DNA of 53,280 nt from a virus (lineage: Duplodnaviria > Caudoviricetes): the IMG/VR virus record IMGVR_UViG_3300042549_001343, positions 1 through 53,280 of that record; one strand, 5' to 3'. The notes beneath the pieces are model-generated. The model saw only the letters and a list, made by a program, of their open reading frames with translations, was not told where the DNA came from and searched no databases. Made by a program: the position numbers and the translations under genes. The first letter of the stretch is position 1; each line of letters starts with the position of its first letter. Below are positions 16,918-26,146 of this stretch, piece after piece.

Positions 16918-18069
16918 ATGCGTGACTCACTCGTTCCCCTCTCCAAGCCCGAAATCCTCTGGATTTTCCGCCACCTCAACGGTGGAACCGTAGGTTTCAA
17001 CTTCGAGACCGTCCAAAAATTGGACTTGATCGACAGATTACTACTGGCCTTCTCTGAAGGACAGATTACCGATGCCATGTCAAATGGTATCCCAACCGTT
17101 AACCCCAAAGGGGTTGCCATCGATGGAGAAAGTCGTCCAATGCCACCTGCCACCAAGCCTTCGGCTCCCAAGTCATCAGACACTGATGCACTGCAAGCCC
17201 TCCGCAACTTACTGTCTCCGACAGTCGACGAAGCAACTGTTCGACAGATTGTTCTCGCCGAAGTCAAGAAAGCAATGGACGATAGTCCAGTTGTCAAAAT
17301 CGAGGTCGTAAGACCTGACGGTTCAGCCCACAAAGTGGAAGGCCACACCAGACCAGAATTTAAGAAAATTCTGACCAGAGCAACTGTCGGTATCAACATT
17401 CTGTTGGTCGGCCCTGCCGGTTGTGGCAAGACGCACCTTGGTCACCAAGTGGCTGAAGCCCTTGGTAGACCCTTTGCCTCGGTCTCTTGCACTGCCGGAA
17501 TGTCAGAGTCAGCCCTTCAGGGCTGGTTGATTCCTTCAGACGGTGGTTCTTTCCAGTACCTTACCTCTGACTTCGTCAGAATGTATGAGGAAGGCGGTGT
17601 CTTTCTGTTCGACGAAGTCGACGGTGCAGACAGCAATACTTTGCTGTTCCTGAATCAGGCTCTCGCCAATGGATCGTTCTTTTTGCCGATCCGGAAAGGT
17701 GCTTCACTGGTCAAACGTCATCCAGACTTTGTCTGTATTGCCGCCGCCAATACCTTCGGTACTGGAGCAAATCAGACTTATGCCGGTCGTGAACGACTCG
17801 ATGAGTCGACACTGGACAGATTCCGTGCCGGCGTCATCTCACTGGACTATGACCAGACTTTCGAAAGAAAGACTGTGGCTCCTGACCTGTTGGCTTGGGG
17901 TTGGGCGATTCGTAAACGAATCAATGAAGCCCGACTCCGTCGAATCATGTCAACTCGATTCCTGCTCGATGCAACGAAGTTGCTCAAGGCCGGTGAGACT
18001 GTCGAGGAAATCAAGGCGACCTTCTTTGAAGGTTGGTCAGCAGACGAAATCAAGAAAGTAGAGGTCTGA
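16918..18069 (+). CDS. MoxR/CobS-like AAA+ ATPase
   Basis: Walker A GPAGCGKT, Walker B LFDEVD, AAANTFG, STLDRF arginine finger; RBS GAAAGGA. Confidence 0.92.
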   Translation: MRDSLVPLSKPEILWIFRHLNGGTVGFNFETVQKLDLIDRLLLAFSEGQITDAMSNGIPTVNPKGVAIDGESRPMPPATKPSAPKSSDTDALQALRNLLSPTVDEATVRQIVLAEVKKAMDDSPVVKIEVVRPDGSAHKVEGHTRPEFKKILTRATVGINILLVGPAGCGKTHLGHQVAEALGRPFASVSCTAGMSESALQGWLIPSDGGSFQYLTSDFVRMYEEGGVFLFDEVDGADSNTLLFLNQALANGSFFLPIRKGASLVKRHPDFVCIAAANTFGTGANQTYAGRERLDESTLDRFRAGVISLDYDQTFERKTVAPDLLAWGWAIRKRINEARLRRIMSTRFLLDATKLLKAGETVEEIKATFFEGWSADEIKKVEV

Positions 18070-18070
18070 A

Positions 18071-18946
18071 ATGCTCCGCATTTATTCTGAATCACAGAAT
18101 CTTACGACTGTCCTTTGGGACAGTGTCACCGAACCCGAGGCTCTGCTTAAAGCAGACGGATGGAAACTCGATGCGAATAAGTCCTCCGGACTGAATCACT
18201 TCAGCCGAAAGGCTGATACAGCATGGCTCGGTGTCCCGTCTGTCGATGCTCTCCGCAAGGTCTTAACCAAAGGTTGGAAGGCCGGAGTCGAGCGAATCGA
18301 ACAGATTCCCCTTGGGGAATTGCCCGAACCGACAAGCATTCGTCGTCGTCGAGTCCGTGCCGACCAAGGCGACGAGTTGGACATGCAGGCCGTGTACCGT
18401 GGCGACGTAAGCAGGGCTTGGTCTAGAACCAAGCGACAGAGCAGAACATCTGTCCGATCTGTCTCGATTGTGATTGACCTTGCCGGAAATGCAAACGTCA
18501 CTTCAGAACAACTGTTCTGGAGAGGTGCATCAGGTCTGCGACTGGCTGACGAGTTGACCAAGGCGGGCTACTCTGTAGCCATCTACGGTGCGGCCGGTGC
18601 AGCGAACGTATCCTCCGAAGGCCAAGAGGACTTGGTGCAGTTTGTCGAAATCAAGGCAGAGGATTCTCCTCTGGACATGGACAGATTGGCCGCTCTGACT
18701 GGACTGGCTGGGTTCTTTAGAACCTCCCTGTTTGCCGGTATCTACTGGTCTTGTGACCAACTGGGCAAGCACACCTCTAGTGGTCTCGGTCAATCGGACA
18801 ACAAGCTGATTGCCAAGGCAATCAAGCACATGCCGATTCCACAGAATGCAATCATCCAACCTCCGGTTAAGACTCAGGACAAGGCCGAGGAATGGTTGAA
18901 ATCTGTTCTCGAACAGATCGCCAAACCTGAACAGCAGGTAGCGTGA
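18071..18946 (+). CDS. vWA-like (CobT-type) partner of the MoxR ATPase
   Basis: GDELDMQAVYRG pre-vWA motif; SIVIDLAGN degenerate MIDAS strand; adjacent to the AAA gene. Confidence 0.7.
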   Translation: MLRIYSESQNLTTVLWDSVTEPEALLKADGWKLDANKSSGLNHFSRKADTAWLGVPSVDALRKVLTKGWKAGVERIEQIPLGELPEPTSIRRRRVRADQGDELDMQAVYRGDVSRAWSRTKRQSRTSVRSVSIVIDLAGNANVTSEQLFWRGASGLRLADELTKAGYSVAIYGAAGAANVSSEGQEDLVQFVEIKAEDSPLDMDRLAALTGLAGFFRTSLFAGIYWSCDQLGKHTSSGLGQSDNKLIAKAIKHMPIPQNAIIQPPVKTQDKAEEWLKSVLEQIAKPEQQVA

Positions 18947-18953
18947 CGGAGTG

Positions 18954-19008
18954 GCAGGGGAAACCCTGCTCTTCTAAGTGTGCATTCAACCGAGTGCATA
19001 CCTAGAAG
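18954..19008 (+). promoter_or_regulatory. Two intergenic hairpins (RNase III-site-like or antitermination element)
   Basis: GCAGGG-GAAA-CCCTGC and CTTCTAAGTGTGCATTC-AACC-GAGTGCATACCTAGAAG with G-U pairs, no U-tract. Confidence 0.55.
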
Positions 19009-19036
19009 CATCCCGCTTCACATGAAAGGAACACAC

Positions 19037-19297
19037 ATGATTAGCGATCACGTATACATTGAAAAGGTTGTCACCCTGTCTCTGACAGCGGATGACTGGG
19101 CGCTTTATCACATCGATGGCAGACATGATGCTGCTCTCGGCTTGAATCAAGCCGTCTCTACTGCACTGAATAACTTCACCAAAGGTACGGCAATCGGAAA
19201 AATCGAGGAGGCTCTCGAAAAGTACAGCGACTGGGGTGCGAATGACACCGAAGGTCATGCCACAGTGCGACAGATTTTGGGTTTGTTCTACAAATAA
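19037..19297 (+). CDS. Early hypothetical protein
   Basis: RBS GAAAGGA; 86 aa; WGANDTEG motif. Confidence 0.75.
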   Translation: MISDHVYIEKVVTLSLTADDWALYHIDGRHDAALGLNQAVSTALNNFTKGTAIGKIEEALEKYSDWGANDTEGHATVRQILGLFYK

Positions 19298-19306
19298 GGA
19301 GCGAAT

Positions 19307-19600
19307 ATGAAAACCTACAAAGGGACGGTGGTCTTTCGGTACTACCAAGAGGTGACCGTCGATGCTGAAAGCATAGAACAGGCAGAGCGAATGATGTTCG
19401 ATGCCTTTGACATGCACAGATCAAATGCCGAGTCAGAGGTAACCGATCTCACTTTAGTGAGTGACAACGCAAAGGCCGAGTGCCCATGCTGTGACCCATG
19501 CAATCCGGAATTGGATGAGCAAGGCCGCCCGTATACATGCTTTGCTTGTGGCGACACTGGCTGGGTTAACGTCGAACCAACAGAAAAGGAACAGATATGA
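19307..19600 (+). CDS. Early acidic protein with C-terminal Cys cluster (CPCC..C...CFAC)
   Basis: RBS TAAGGAG. Confidence 0.75.
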   Translation: MKTYKGTVVFRYYQEVTVDAESIEQAERMMFDAFDMHRSNAESEVTDLTLVSDNAKAECPCCDPCNPELDEQGRPYTCFACGDTGWVNVEPTEKEQI

Positions 19601-19794
19601 GAGTGAACATCATGTTTGGCTTAGGCCATGTCGCTGAGAACGAAACAGACTGGGAGACTATTCGTCTCTTGCAGTCTCTCATTGAGCAACTGACCAACAA
19701 GCCCGAGCCTATGAAGGCCGGTGACGTAGTCATCATCCGTGACATCAACGGCAACCGTATCGGTGTGGCTGACTTTCTGGAGGACAGATTATGA
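19597..19794 (+). CDS. Early hypothetical protein (IRDINGNRIG motif)
   Basis: ATGA coupling, RBS. Confidence 0.7.
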   Translation: MRVNIMFGLGHVAENETDWETIRLLQSLIEQLTNKPEPMKAGDVVIIRDINGNRIGVADFLEDRL

Positions 19795-20027
19795 AAACAT
19801 CAGAGCGATTCGCTTTGTCACAGTGGCTGACAGACTATCCGGAGGATGCCTCATTCGATGAGGTACTGGACATTATGCGAGACCCCGAGAACACATGGTG
19901 CGTGGAGTGCATCACTGTATGGGAGGCAGTCGAGACTTTCCCACTGGCTGATGTGGCAGGGTTCATCGAGGACACAAAGCATAGCTTTGAACGGTTCACT
20001 TATGACTTTGAAAGGATTGAGGAATGA
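19791..20027 (+). CDS. Early highly acidic protein
   Basis: 20 D/E vs 6 K/R in 78 aa; RBS GGAGG. Confidence 0.75.
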   Translation: MKTSERFALSQWLTDYPEDASFDEVLDIMRDPENTWCVECITVWEAVETFPLADVAGFIEDTKHSFERFTYDFERIEE

Positions 20028-20284
20028 AGTATTTCACTCAAGCGCAACTCATTGTTGCGTCCCTTCTTGCGGAGAAGAGGGGTTACAACCGACAGATCGA
20101 AACAGATTTGATCTGGAAGAACACGAAGGCCTCGGATAAATTCCCTGTGCTTTTCTCGATGCCACATGAGCATGCCGGTGGTGTGCCTTGTGATCTCCAT
20201 ATGCGATGCGTCGTCGAGATCGATGGTCAATCTGTTCAGATCGACACCGACATGGAAATTTTCGAAACACTGGAGGATCTATGA
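20024..20284 (+). CDS. Early hypothetical protein
   Basis: ATGA-coupled chain; HEH..C..H..C possible metal site. Confidence 0.7.
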   Translation: MKYFTQAQLIVASLLAEKRGYNRQIETDLIWKNTKASDKFPVLFSMPHEHAGGVPCDLHMRCVVEIDGQSVQIDTDMEIFETLEDL

Positions 20285-20718
20285 TTAAGCTGAGCGAAGT
20301 CCCGACAGATAAACCCATCAACCTTTTGTTCCACGAAGGGACGGAGGTTATCGAGAACGACAGAGAGGACACTGTCAACATCGACCCGATGAAAACACTG
20401 GAGATAGCTGACGCTGTCAGCGATGAACACTGGCGAGAACTCAAGCACAACACTGCATTCATGCACAAATTCCGCATGGTGTTCGGTGACTTGGGCTTAG
20501 CTGACACTCCACTGCAAATGCACGGCAGGGGTGTTCAGCATGTGGTCGGCCTGATTCTGTTGACAGATACCGCCATCGGCCTTGGCCTCAATCCATTCTG
20601 GAGACTTCCAGAATCCTACCTGCACCCGAAGCATCAGCTTGGGTTGGGTGATCTGCTCATCCACTACATGAACATCATCGACCGAATGGGTGAAAAGAAT
20701 GTGGCTGAACCCACATGA
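20281..20718 (+). CDS. Early hypothetical protein
   Basis: RBS GGAGG, ATGA overlap at 20281. Confidence 0.7.
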   Translation: MIKLSEVPTDKPINLLFHEGTEVIENDREDTVNIDPMKTLEIADAVSDEHWRELKHNTAFMHKFRMVFGDLGLADTPLQMHGRGVQHVVGLILLTDTAIGLGLNPFWRLPESYLHPKHQLGLGDLLIHYMNIIDRMGEKNVAEPT

Positions 20719-20891
20719 GGTAGCGAGTAGGTTGGTGCTGACACTGGCAATGATCGGTGTCGGTGCGAGCCTACTCCTCCCTGATACACAACTCACGGGA
20801 CAGCAACTACAACAGATTTCAAAGCAGCGTTCGAAAGACAAAGCGAACGAGAGACTCGAAAGAAAAAAACAACTCACTCAAAGGAAAAGAA

Positions 20892-21134
20892 ATGACAATG
20901 CAAAGCATTCAGTTGGCGACTGTAAGCGGTGTGGTATCTATGATTGAAAAGGTCGCTGATCTCGCCATCAAAGATGGCAAGCAAGCACCCGAAGGAATGA
21001 TGTCTGCGATGGATGCAGTGTGCAATCTACTCGAGGCCAAAGGCAAGGGGGACAAACAGATACTCGCAGTGGTTGCCAAGGTAAGACAAGCATGCAATCT
21101 CAAGAAAGGAAAACCCAATGACTCACTCGTCTGA
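20892..21134 (+). CDS. Early hypothetical helical protein
   Basis: RBS AAAGGA before ATG 20892/20898. Confidence 0.65.
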   Translation: MTMQSIQLATVSGVVSMIEKVADLAIKDGKQAPEGMMSAMDAVCNLLEAKGKGDKQILAVVAKVRQACNLKKGKPNDSLV

Positions 21135-21339
21135 AAGAAACATCACCATCGATGCTGACTATCAGCCTCCGTCTGTCAACAGATGGACTCCCGAAGATGA
21201 TCTCGTGCAGAAACTTTATGCTCCTCATCCTATCGATGAACAGCATGAAGCGAATGCGCTTTGGTCTGATGATCTGTTCCTTGGTGTGCTACTGATCGTA
21301 GTCATGCCGGTTGCAGTATTTGTTCTCCTCGCTTACTGA
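21118..21339 (+). CDS. Early protein with C-terminal membrane anchor
   Basis: RBS AAAGGA; LFLGVLLIVVMPVAVFVLLAY. Confidence 0.7.
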   Translation: MTHSSERNITIDADYQPPSVNRWTPEDDLVQKLYAPHPIDEQHEANALWSDDLFLGVLLIVVMPVAVFVLLAY

Positions 21340-21350
21340 AAGGAAATCAC

Positions 21351-21704
21351 ATGCGAGCTTTTTTAATTGACCCATTCAAGCAAGAAGTCACCGAAGTTAA
21401 TTACTCCGGAGACTACAAACAGATTTGCAAACTGATCGACGCAGATCTGTTCGATGTGGCTCGACTCAACGCAAAGGGCGACGGCATATTTGTGGATGAC
21501 GAAGGTCTATACGCTGAAGATCAGCGGTTCTTTCAGCATAAGTTCTACCCCAACCCACTGGCCGGTAAGGGGCTTGTGCTTGGCTGTGACATGGACACTG
21601 GTGAATCTGCCAGTGCATCCATGACACTGGAACAGTTGGTAGATGACATTGAATGGGTGATGCCCATTCGAGTAAACGGGGAGGTCGTATGGATAAATGC
21701 TTGA
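21351..21704 (+). CDS. DUF3846-like early protein
   Basis: AFLIDP...IFVDDEGL...PLAGKGLVLG motif. Confidence 0.8.
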   Translation: MRAFLIDPFKQEVTEVNYSGDYKQICKLIDADLFDVARLNAKGDGIFVDDEGLYAEDQRFFQHKFYPNPLAGKGLVLGCDMDTGESASASMTLEQLVDDIEWVMPIRVNGEVVWINA

Positions 21705-21727
21705 ACAAATTCACAGGAGAAAACACA

Positions 21728-22420
21728 ATGCAATTCATTACACACAACGAGAGGGAGTCCCTCATCGATGAGACCAATGGCTCATCACATGTTGGTGACA
21801 TCGAGGCAACCTACAAGGAGATCTGTTCTCTGTTCGGCAAGCCATTGTCTTATGACAAGGGGAAGGTCGACGCACACTGGGTCGTCAAGTTCAACGACGG
21901 AACAGTTGCGTCTATCTATAACTGGAAGAATGGCAAGGCATACATGGGAGACGAAGGTCTTGCGATTCAGTCGATCAGGACATGGAGTGTCGGTGGACTT
22001 GGTCAAGTCTCTAACACACTGGTGCAGATCACACTCGACCTACACAGGGAGTCGAAGGAGCCGACGAAGAGAGACCCATTCGAGGGGGCATTCTCCATGA
22101 TGGAGAACATAACCAAGACGAAGGGCGAATCCTATGCCGCACTGGTAGAGGTGACTATGCTCACCATGAAGCGCAAGCAATTGCTAGAGATGGTGATTGA
22201 TTTTCTGGAAAAGAAAACAGATATGCCGAAGAGGGTGAGGAGAATCCTCGAAGAGATGGACACAGAGATTTGTGTCCGCACAATCTCAAGAGCATGCCAT
22301 GCGTCAGGCCTTGACTTTGACAACGAAGATAAGGCCAATGAGTTAATGGAGTGGGCGGCAAAGATTGTGTCTCAAGAGGTCGAAGCTATGTCCGACATGC
22401 TCAAGAAAGAAGGCAAGTGA
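21728..22420 (+). CDS. Early hypothetical two-domain protein
   Basis: RBS AGGAG; LFGKP...KVDAHW...SIYNWK...WSVGG N-terminal domain common in phages. Confidence 0.75.
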   Translation: MQFITHNERESLIDETNGSSHVGDIEATYKEICSLFGKPLSYDKGKVDAHWVVKFNDGTVASIYNWKNGKAYMGDEGLAIQSIRTWSVGGLGQVSNTLVQITLDLHRESKEPTKRDPFEGAFSMMENITKTKGESYAALVEVTMLTMKRKQLLEMVIDFLEKKTDMPKRVRRILEEMDTEICVRTISRACHASGLDFDNEDKANELMEWAAKIVSQEVEAMSDMLKKEGK

Positions 22421-22421
22421 C

Positions 22422-22634
22422 ATGATAGATCTCCGCCTAGAGCGGGGTCATGTCTCTATGACTGTCGCATCACAACTCATGGGTGTGTCTCGCCAACGTG
22501 TGCATCAGCTACTCAAGTCTGGTCGCATCGTTGGTGCATTCCTCATGGACTGTGGCGACGGTCGAGAGATATGGTGCATCCCTCGCAACTCACTCAAGCA
22601 CAAGGAGAAGCCATGCTCGATCTCATTGGCGTGA
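22422..22634 (+). CDS. Xis/MerR-like helix-turn-helix DNA-binding protein
   Basis: ASQLMGVSRQRVHQLLKSGRI...WCIP. Confidence 0.75.
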   Translation: MIDLRLERGHVSMTVASQLMGVSRQRVHQLLKSGRIVGAFLMDCGDGREIWCIPRNSLKHKEKPCSISLA

Positions 22635-22744
22635 TATTCATGCTGTTCATGGGCGCATCCATAGTCATTGTCGTTGGGGCATTGGCTATTTGGATAGGCG
22701 AAACAACATACAAGCGCAAGAAAAGAAAGGGGAAGGTCTGGTGA
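22613..22744 (+). CDS. 43-aa single-pass membrane protein
   Basis: RBS AAGGAG; MLDLIGVIFMLFMGASIVIVVGALAIWIG followed by a basic tail. Confidence 0.65.
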   Translation: MLDLIGVIFMLFMGASIVIVVGALAIWIGETTYKRKKRKGKVW

Positions 22745-22917
22745 TTGAAAAGATTCAAACATTCTTCGGGAGGATTTGTGGTCAACACGGAAACAAACGG
22801 ACAGTGATAGTCGAATCTGTCGCTTGGTACTGTGCCAAGTGCAAGCAAGTCTGGCTCGAAAGAGACGAGGCTTATTTTCATACATGCAAAGGAATTAAAA
22901 ATGGAACCAGAAATTAG
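22741..22917 (+). CDS. Small Zn-finger-like protein
   Basis: GTGA coupling; CAKC...HTC. Confidence 0.55.
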   Translation: MIEKIQTFFGRICGQHGNKRTVIVESVAWYCAKCKQVWLERDEAYFHTCKGIKNGTRN

Positions 22918-23323
22918 GGTTGGTGGTACTGCTCACCGTGTGCTGTCCATACTGGCGAGCAAAGGAAACATGAGTCCGGCTATGATTAAGAAGACAGGCA
23001 TCATTGCCGGTAAGTCTATTGTTGATATAGACAATGCCATTGTCTATGAGTTAGTGCCGAAGGGCATGGTGATAATGGTGAGCGGATTGTTCTACAGCCT
23101 CACGCAAAAAGGTCTCGACACAAAGATCGAGCTTGGCAGTTTAGATAAACTGTTCAAAGCACCACGCAAGACAGTGATGTCGCAACAAGATGATCTGTTC
23201 GCAAGAGGTACTTACGATGGGGCGGAACTGCGTAGTACCTGCATGAGGAGAGGAGCGTATGACGCATACAACCTGCCATCTCTTAGCTTTGCTGGCCTCA
23301 CATACAGAAAGGTTCCACTATGA
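22901..23323 (+). CDS. Winged-helix-like protein
   Basis: RBS AAAGGA; YSLTQKG wing motif; YDGAEL...RRGAYDA..LPS C-terminus. Confidence 0.7.
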   Translation: MEPEIRVGGTAHRVLSILASKGNMSPAMIKKTGIIAGKSIVDIDNAIVYELVPKGMVIMVSGLFYSLTQKGLDTKIELGSLDKLFKAPRKTVMSQQDDLFARGTYDGAELRSTCMRRGAYDAYNLPSLSFAGLTYRKVPL

Positions 23324-23511
23324 CTACAGACAGAGAAGTCTACATAGAAAAGGTGTTGGAAGAGTTTAGGCCGAAGACCGGAACACTCATGCTCATGCTC
23401 TCTCTGAAAGAGTACGAGGATTTGGTCAGGCTCATCGGTGAGCGAGCATACGAGTACGGTTGGATTGAGGGAATGGCTGACGCAAGTTACGCCAAGAAGT
23501 TAAAGGCTTAA
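23320..23511 (+). CDS. Hypothetical protein (last early gene)
   Basis: ATGA coupling; converges on the Q-like gene. Confidence 0.65.
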   Translation: MTTDREVYIEKVLEEFRPKTGTLMLMLSLKEYEDLVRLIGERAYEYGWIEGMADASYAKKLKA

Positions 23512-23994
23512 CTCGAACCCACCTTCAACAAACATCTGTCCATGTAATCTTTCAATGGCTCTGATCTGCACTGGCATCCAAGCACGAAGGACAGCGTTGC
23601 GCCAGTTGCAGACTTGCCTATAACTCACACCCCTCTCCTCCGCAATCTTCCTGATACTGGGTCGCTTAGTCGCCCAGTGCATGAGAATGATCTGCAACTC
23701 ACGGACACTAGGCACAGTACCACTCACATGATGGTGCAAGTAATCAGCGAAACCTCTTATCGCATCTGACCTAGACCGACCCCTCCCGTACATTGAAAGT
23801 ATCGAGTCCCTCTCTACCTGATGCAATCTGTTCAGCATCGAATGGATCATCGCAGCCTGAGCATGCAAGTCCATAGGCGACAGATCATCTTGACTTGTGC
23901 CGCGAGTACCAAGCAAGTCCGTGCGGCTGAACTCTTCCCGCTCGCTCACGTTGAACGAGAACTTGATTGCCTGTTCGACGCTATGAAACTTCAT
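23500..23994 (-). CDS. Putative late transcription regulator (Q/sigma-region-4-like HTH)
   Basis: SIRKIAEERGVSYRQVCNWR HTH; follows rusA as in lambdoid nin-Q order. Confidence 0.6.
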   Translation of the reverse strand: MKFHSVEQAIKFSFNVSEREEFSRTDLLGTRGTSQDDLSPMDLHAQAAMIHSMLNRLHQVERDSILSMYGRGRSRSDAIRGFADYLHHHVSGTVPSVRELQIILMHWATKRPSIRKIAEERGVSYRQVCNWRNAVLRAWMPVQIRAIERLHGQMFVEGGFELSL

Positions 23995-24386
23995 GCCCAG
24001 TCCTTGTCCTCTGCAATAGTTACGTGAAGCCCGCCCCATGAAGTGGGTTGCCCAAGTTTAATGGACAGATAAGTTATCTGCCTGTCATTCTCATAGGCTA
24101 TGCCTTGTAGCGCATCTAGTGCTACCTTCTGTGCGTTATCAATATCAATCCGCCGCACACCCAATCCCCACAATCTGTCCTTCTTCTCTCGCTTCTTTGC
24201 ATCTGCTGGCCTCACTGGATGGAGAACAAGCATCACCATCACCGGAACAGTGAACAACTCCAGCTTGTTGGATCGGGCGATCCATTCCACCTCATCCTTG
24301 TACGCAGTGGCGGCACTGCTCCTGACCATGCGCCCACGAAAGTTGCGCCAGTACACATTGGTGCTGATGGGATATGGAAGCATCAT
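23991..24386 (-). CDS. rusA: RusA Holliday junction resolvase
   Basis: LPYPISTN..WR, DIDN..K...DALQG..YENDRQI. Confidence 0.9.
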   Translation of the reverse strand: MMLPYPISTNVYWRNFRGRMVRSSAATAYKDEVEWIARSNKLELFTVPVMVMLVLHPVRPADAKKREKKDRLWGLGVRRIDIDNAQKVALDALQGIAYENDRQITYLSIKLGQPTSWGGLHVTIAEDKDWA

Positions 24387-24910
24387 TCGGAGTGTTCTTT
24401 CTTTGGCCGACCTGACTTGCGCTTGGATGCCTCGTACTTAGTCATCACATCCTCCATTGCCTGTGTGCTTGGCAACGAAACTACTGTGCCGAGCATGCCC
24501 ATCATGGCCTGTTCCCATCTCCTTGGGTCTTTCTTATTGTTGTTTGGTACACCAACCACGCCACCATTACTGGTGTCTGGTTTGATAAACACCGTCTCTG
24601 GATGCTCGCATCTACCGAGCACATACTGTTCATCCCTGTACGCAGGGGTGCAATCACGACAGTGTTCGACACGAACCCCAGATCTCCTGTCTCCCGCACT
24701 GCTCCACACAAACGCAACCACGTACTCTTTCCACTTGCGATCACTCTCGTAGCACGGTGGCCGGGAGGGATTTGCCACCCCGGAAACTACCAATCTGTCG
24801 AATTCTGTCCGAACAAACTCCGGTTCATGTCCGAGGCAGTAGCCATAGAACCCAGACGGATGTTCGCAATGAAGAAAACTACATCGACGTACTGGCTTAT
24901 TGTTTTCCAA
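24383..24910 (-). CDS. Cys-rich hypothetical protein
   Basis: C...C......YC..H and CRDC...C motifs; GRPKK tail. Confidence 0.7.
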   Translation of the reverse strand: MENNKPVRRCSFLHCEHPSGFYGYCLGHEPEFVRTEFDRLVVSGVANPSRPPCYESDRKWKEYVVAFVWSSAGDRRSGVRVEHCRDCTPAYRDEQYVLGRCEHPETVFIKPDTSNGGVVGVPNNNKKDPRRWEQAMMGMLGTVVSLPSTQAMEDVMTKYEASKRKSGRPKKEHSE

Positions 24911-25241
24911 GATGAAGCACTCCCTCTCTTATTGCCTGTAACAGTGTCAGGGCTGTGTGTTCAAGCTGTGATCCATGCTCCTCCTCCCACGCATGCACGT
25001 CGTGGTGAAGTACGTCATGGCAAGTGCGACAGATGGGTATCACCCACCAGTCCGGAACCTTCGTACCCATACCCTTGAAGCCTGATCCATGTGGATGGTG
25101 CGGGTCATCTGCCGGTACGTTGCAACTCACGCACCTCAAGGTCTTCACCCATCGGGTGTACATGGGCGACTCCATGCGCTCCACGTAGCCATTAGTCAGC
25201 GCCTGTTTAAATGTTAGGTATGGCGGAATGACCTTCGTCAT
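24897..25241 (-). CDS. DUF968-like HNH/Zn-finger protein
   Basis: WVKTLRCVSC...DDPHH...GMGTK...IPICRTCHDVLH. Confidence 0.85.
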   Translation of the reverse strand: MTKVIPPYLTFKQALTNGYVERMESPMYTRWVKTLRCVSCNVPADDPHHPHGSGFKGMGTKVPDWWVIPICRTCHDVLHHDVHAWEEEHGSQLEHTALTLLQAIREGVLHLGKQ

Positions 25242-25576
25242 GCCCCGTAACCTTTTCTTTCAGTGCGCTCGTTTGCTTGTGTGGTTTGCCAGACAGCTAC
25301 GCCCAGCTTGAGTATCTCCAGTTCCCAGCGAAGTTTTTCTGAGATCTCTGTCGCTGTCCGCAGGCTCTCCAGAACCAAGATGTATTTGGGATCGGCGCGA
25401 GCTTCTCTCTCCTGCGCTGCCGCCGTCTTGTGTCCAAGGGCTTCATACTCTTTCATCAAGATCGCAAGCTGAGACTCACGAAACTTTTCGAGATAGTTCT
25501 TTTCTGCGACCGCCTCTGAATAGATAGCGGACTTCTCTCGCATCTCAGCGAGTCTTGCCTCTGCCTTTTCGTACAT
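25238..25576 (-). CDS. Coiled-coil conserved phage protein
   Basis: AAQEREARADPKY...VWQT..ANER motif. Confidence 0.75.
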   Translation of the reverse strand: MYEKAEARLAEMREKSAIYSEAVAEKNYLEKFRESQLAILMKEYEALGHKTAAAQEREARADPKYILVLESLRTATEISEKLRWELEILKLGVAVWQTTQANERTERKGYGA

Positions 25577-25805
25577 TGATTGCCTCCGTTTGACGATAGT
25601 TATCTGGAATTACAAACACATTCTTTTCTACTGGCCTCTTACCGATCTCCTTGCCGGTCAACAGATCATGCGCCCAGATTAACTTAGAGTCGGGATACTT
25701 TTCGTTGACCTCGTCCATAAGTTTTGCAACCCACGGCATCTCTTCTCTGTTCTTTTTGCGCTGCTCTTCACGCAACTGATCTTTGATGTCTGCTATATCT
25801 TTCAT
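25545..25805 (-). CDS. Hypothetical protein
   Basis: Coupled ORF in the replication operon. Confidence 0.65.
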   Translation of the reverse strand: MKDIADIKDQLREEQRKKNREEMPWVAKLMDEVNEKYPDSKLIWAHDLLTGKEIGKRPVEKNVFVIPDNYRQTEAINVRKGRGKTR

Positions 25806-26146
25806 AGTTTTTTTACTCCGCTGGTGTGTTCGGTCGCAAAAAATTCGTATGCAACCTCAGACCCTCTGGCAATAGCGTCGGCTTTCTTTTCATTTAGCTT
25901 CTTAATTTGGTCGCACATATTGACAAGCTCCTCACCAGACTTTGGAATACCCCAGTCCATCACAAACTCTGAGGCCTGATTCAGGGCATGCTCTCTGATG
26001 AGCATGATTTCTTTGTGGGTGATTGATCTATTCGACCTGTCTTTGACCATCTCCAGCTCAAACGACAGAGAATGGACAGCCGCCTTGTATGCTTCAAGCT
26101 CAGCGGCAAGTTGTTTTGCACGCAATTCAAACTTCGTTGGAGTCAT
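25802..26146 (-). CDS. Hypothetical protein
   Basis: RBS AAGGAG; ATGA coupling. Confidence 0.7.
   Translation of the reverse strand: MTPTKFELRAKQLAAELEAYKAAVHSLSFELEMVKDRSNRSITHKEIMLIREHALNQASEFVMDWGIPKSGEELVNMCDQIKKLNEKKADAIARGSEVAYEFFATEHTSGVKKL

Noticed and set aside
16918-18946. Cobalamin biosynthesis auxiliary metabolic genes (cobS/cobT)
   Set aside because: The similarity is to the generic MoxR/vWA fold; no cobN or other cob genes are present
20690-20947. 85-aa ORF with a hydrophobic N-terminus
   Set aside because: Overlaps both neighbours and has no clear RBS; may be real but cannot be supported
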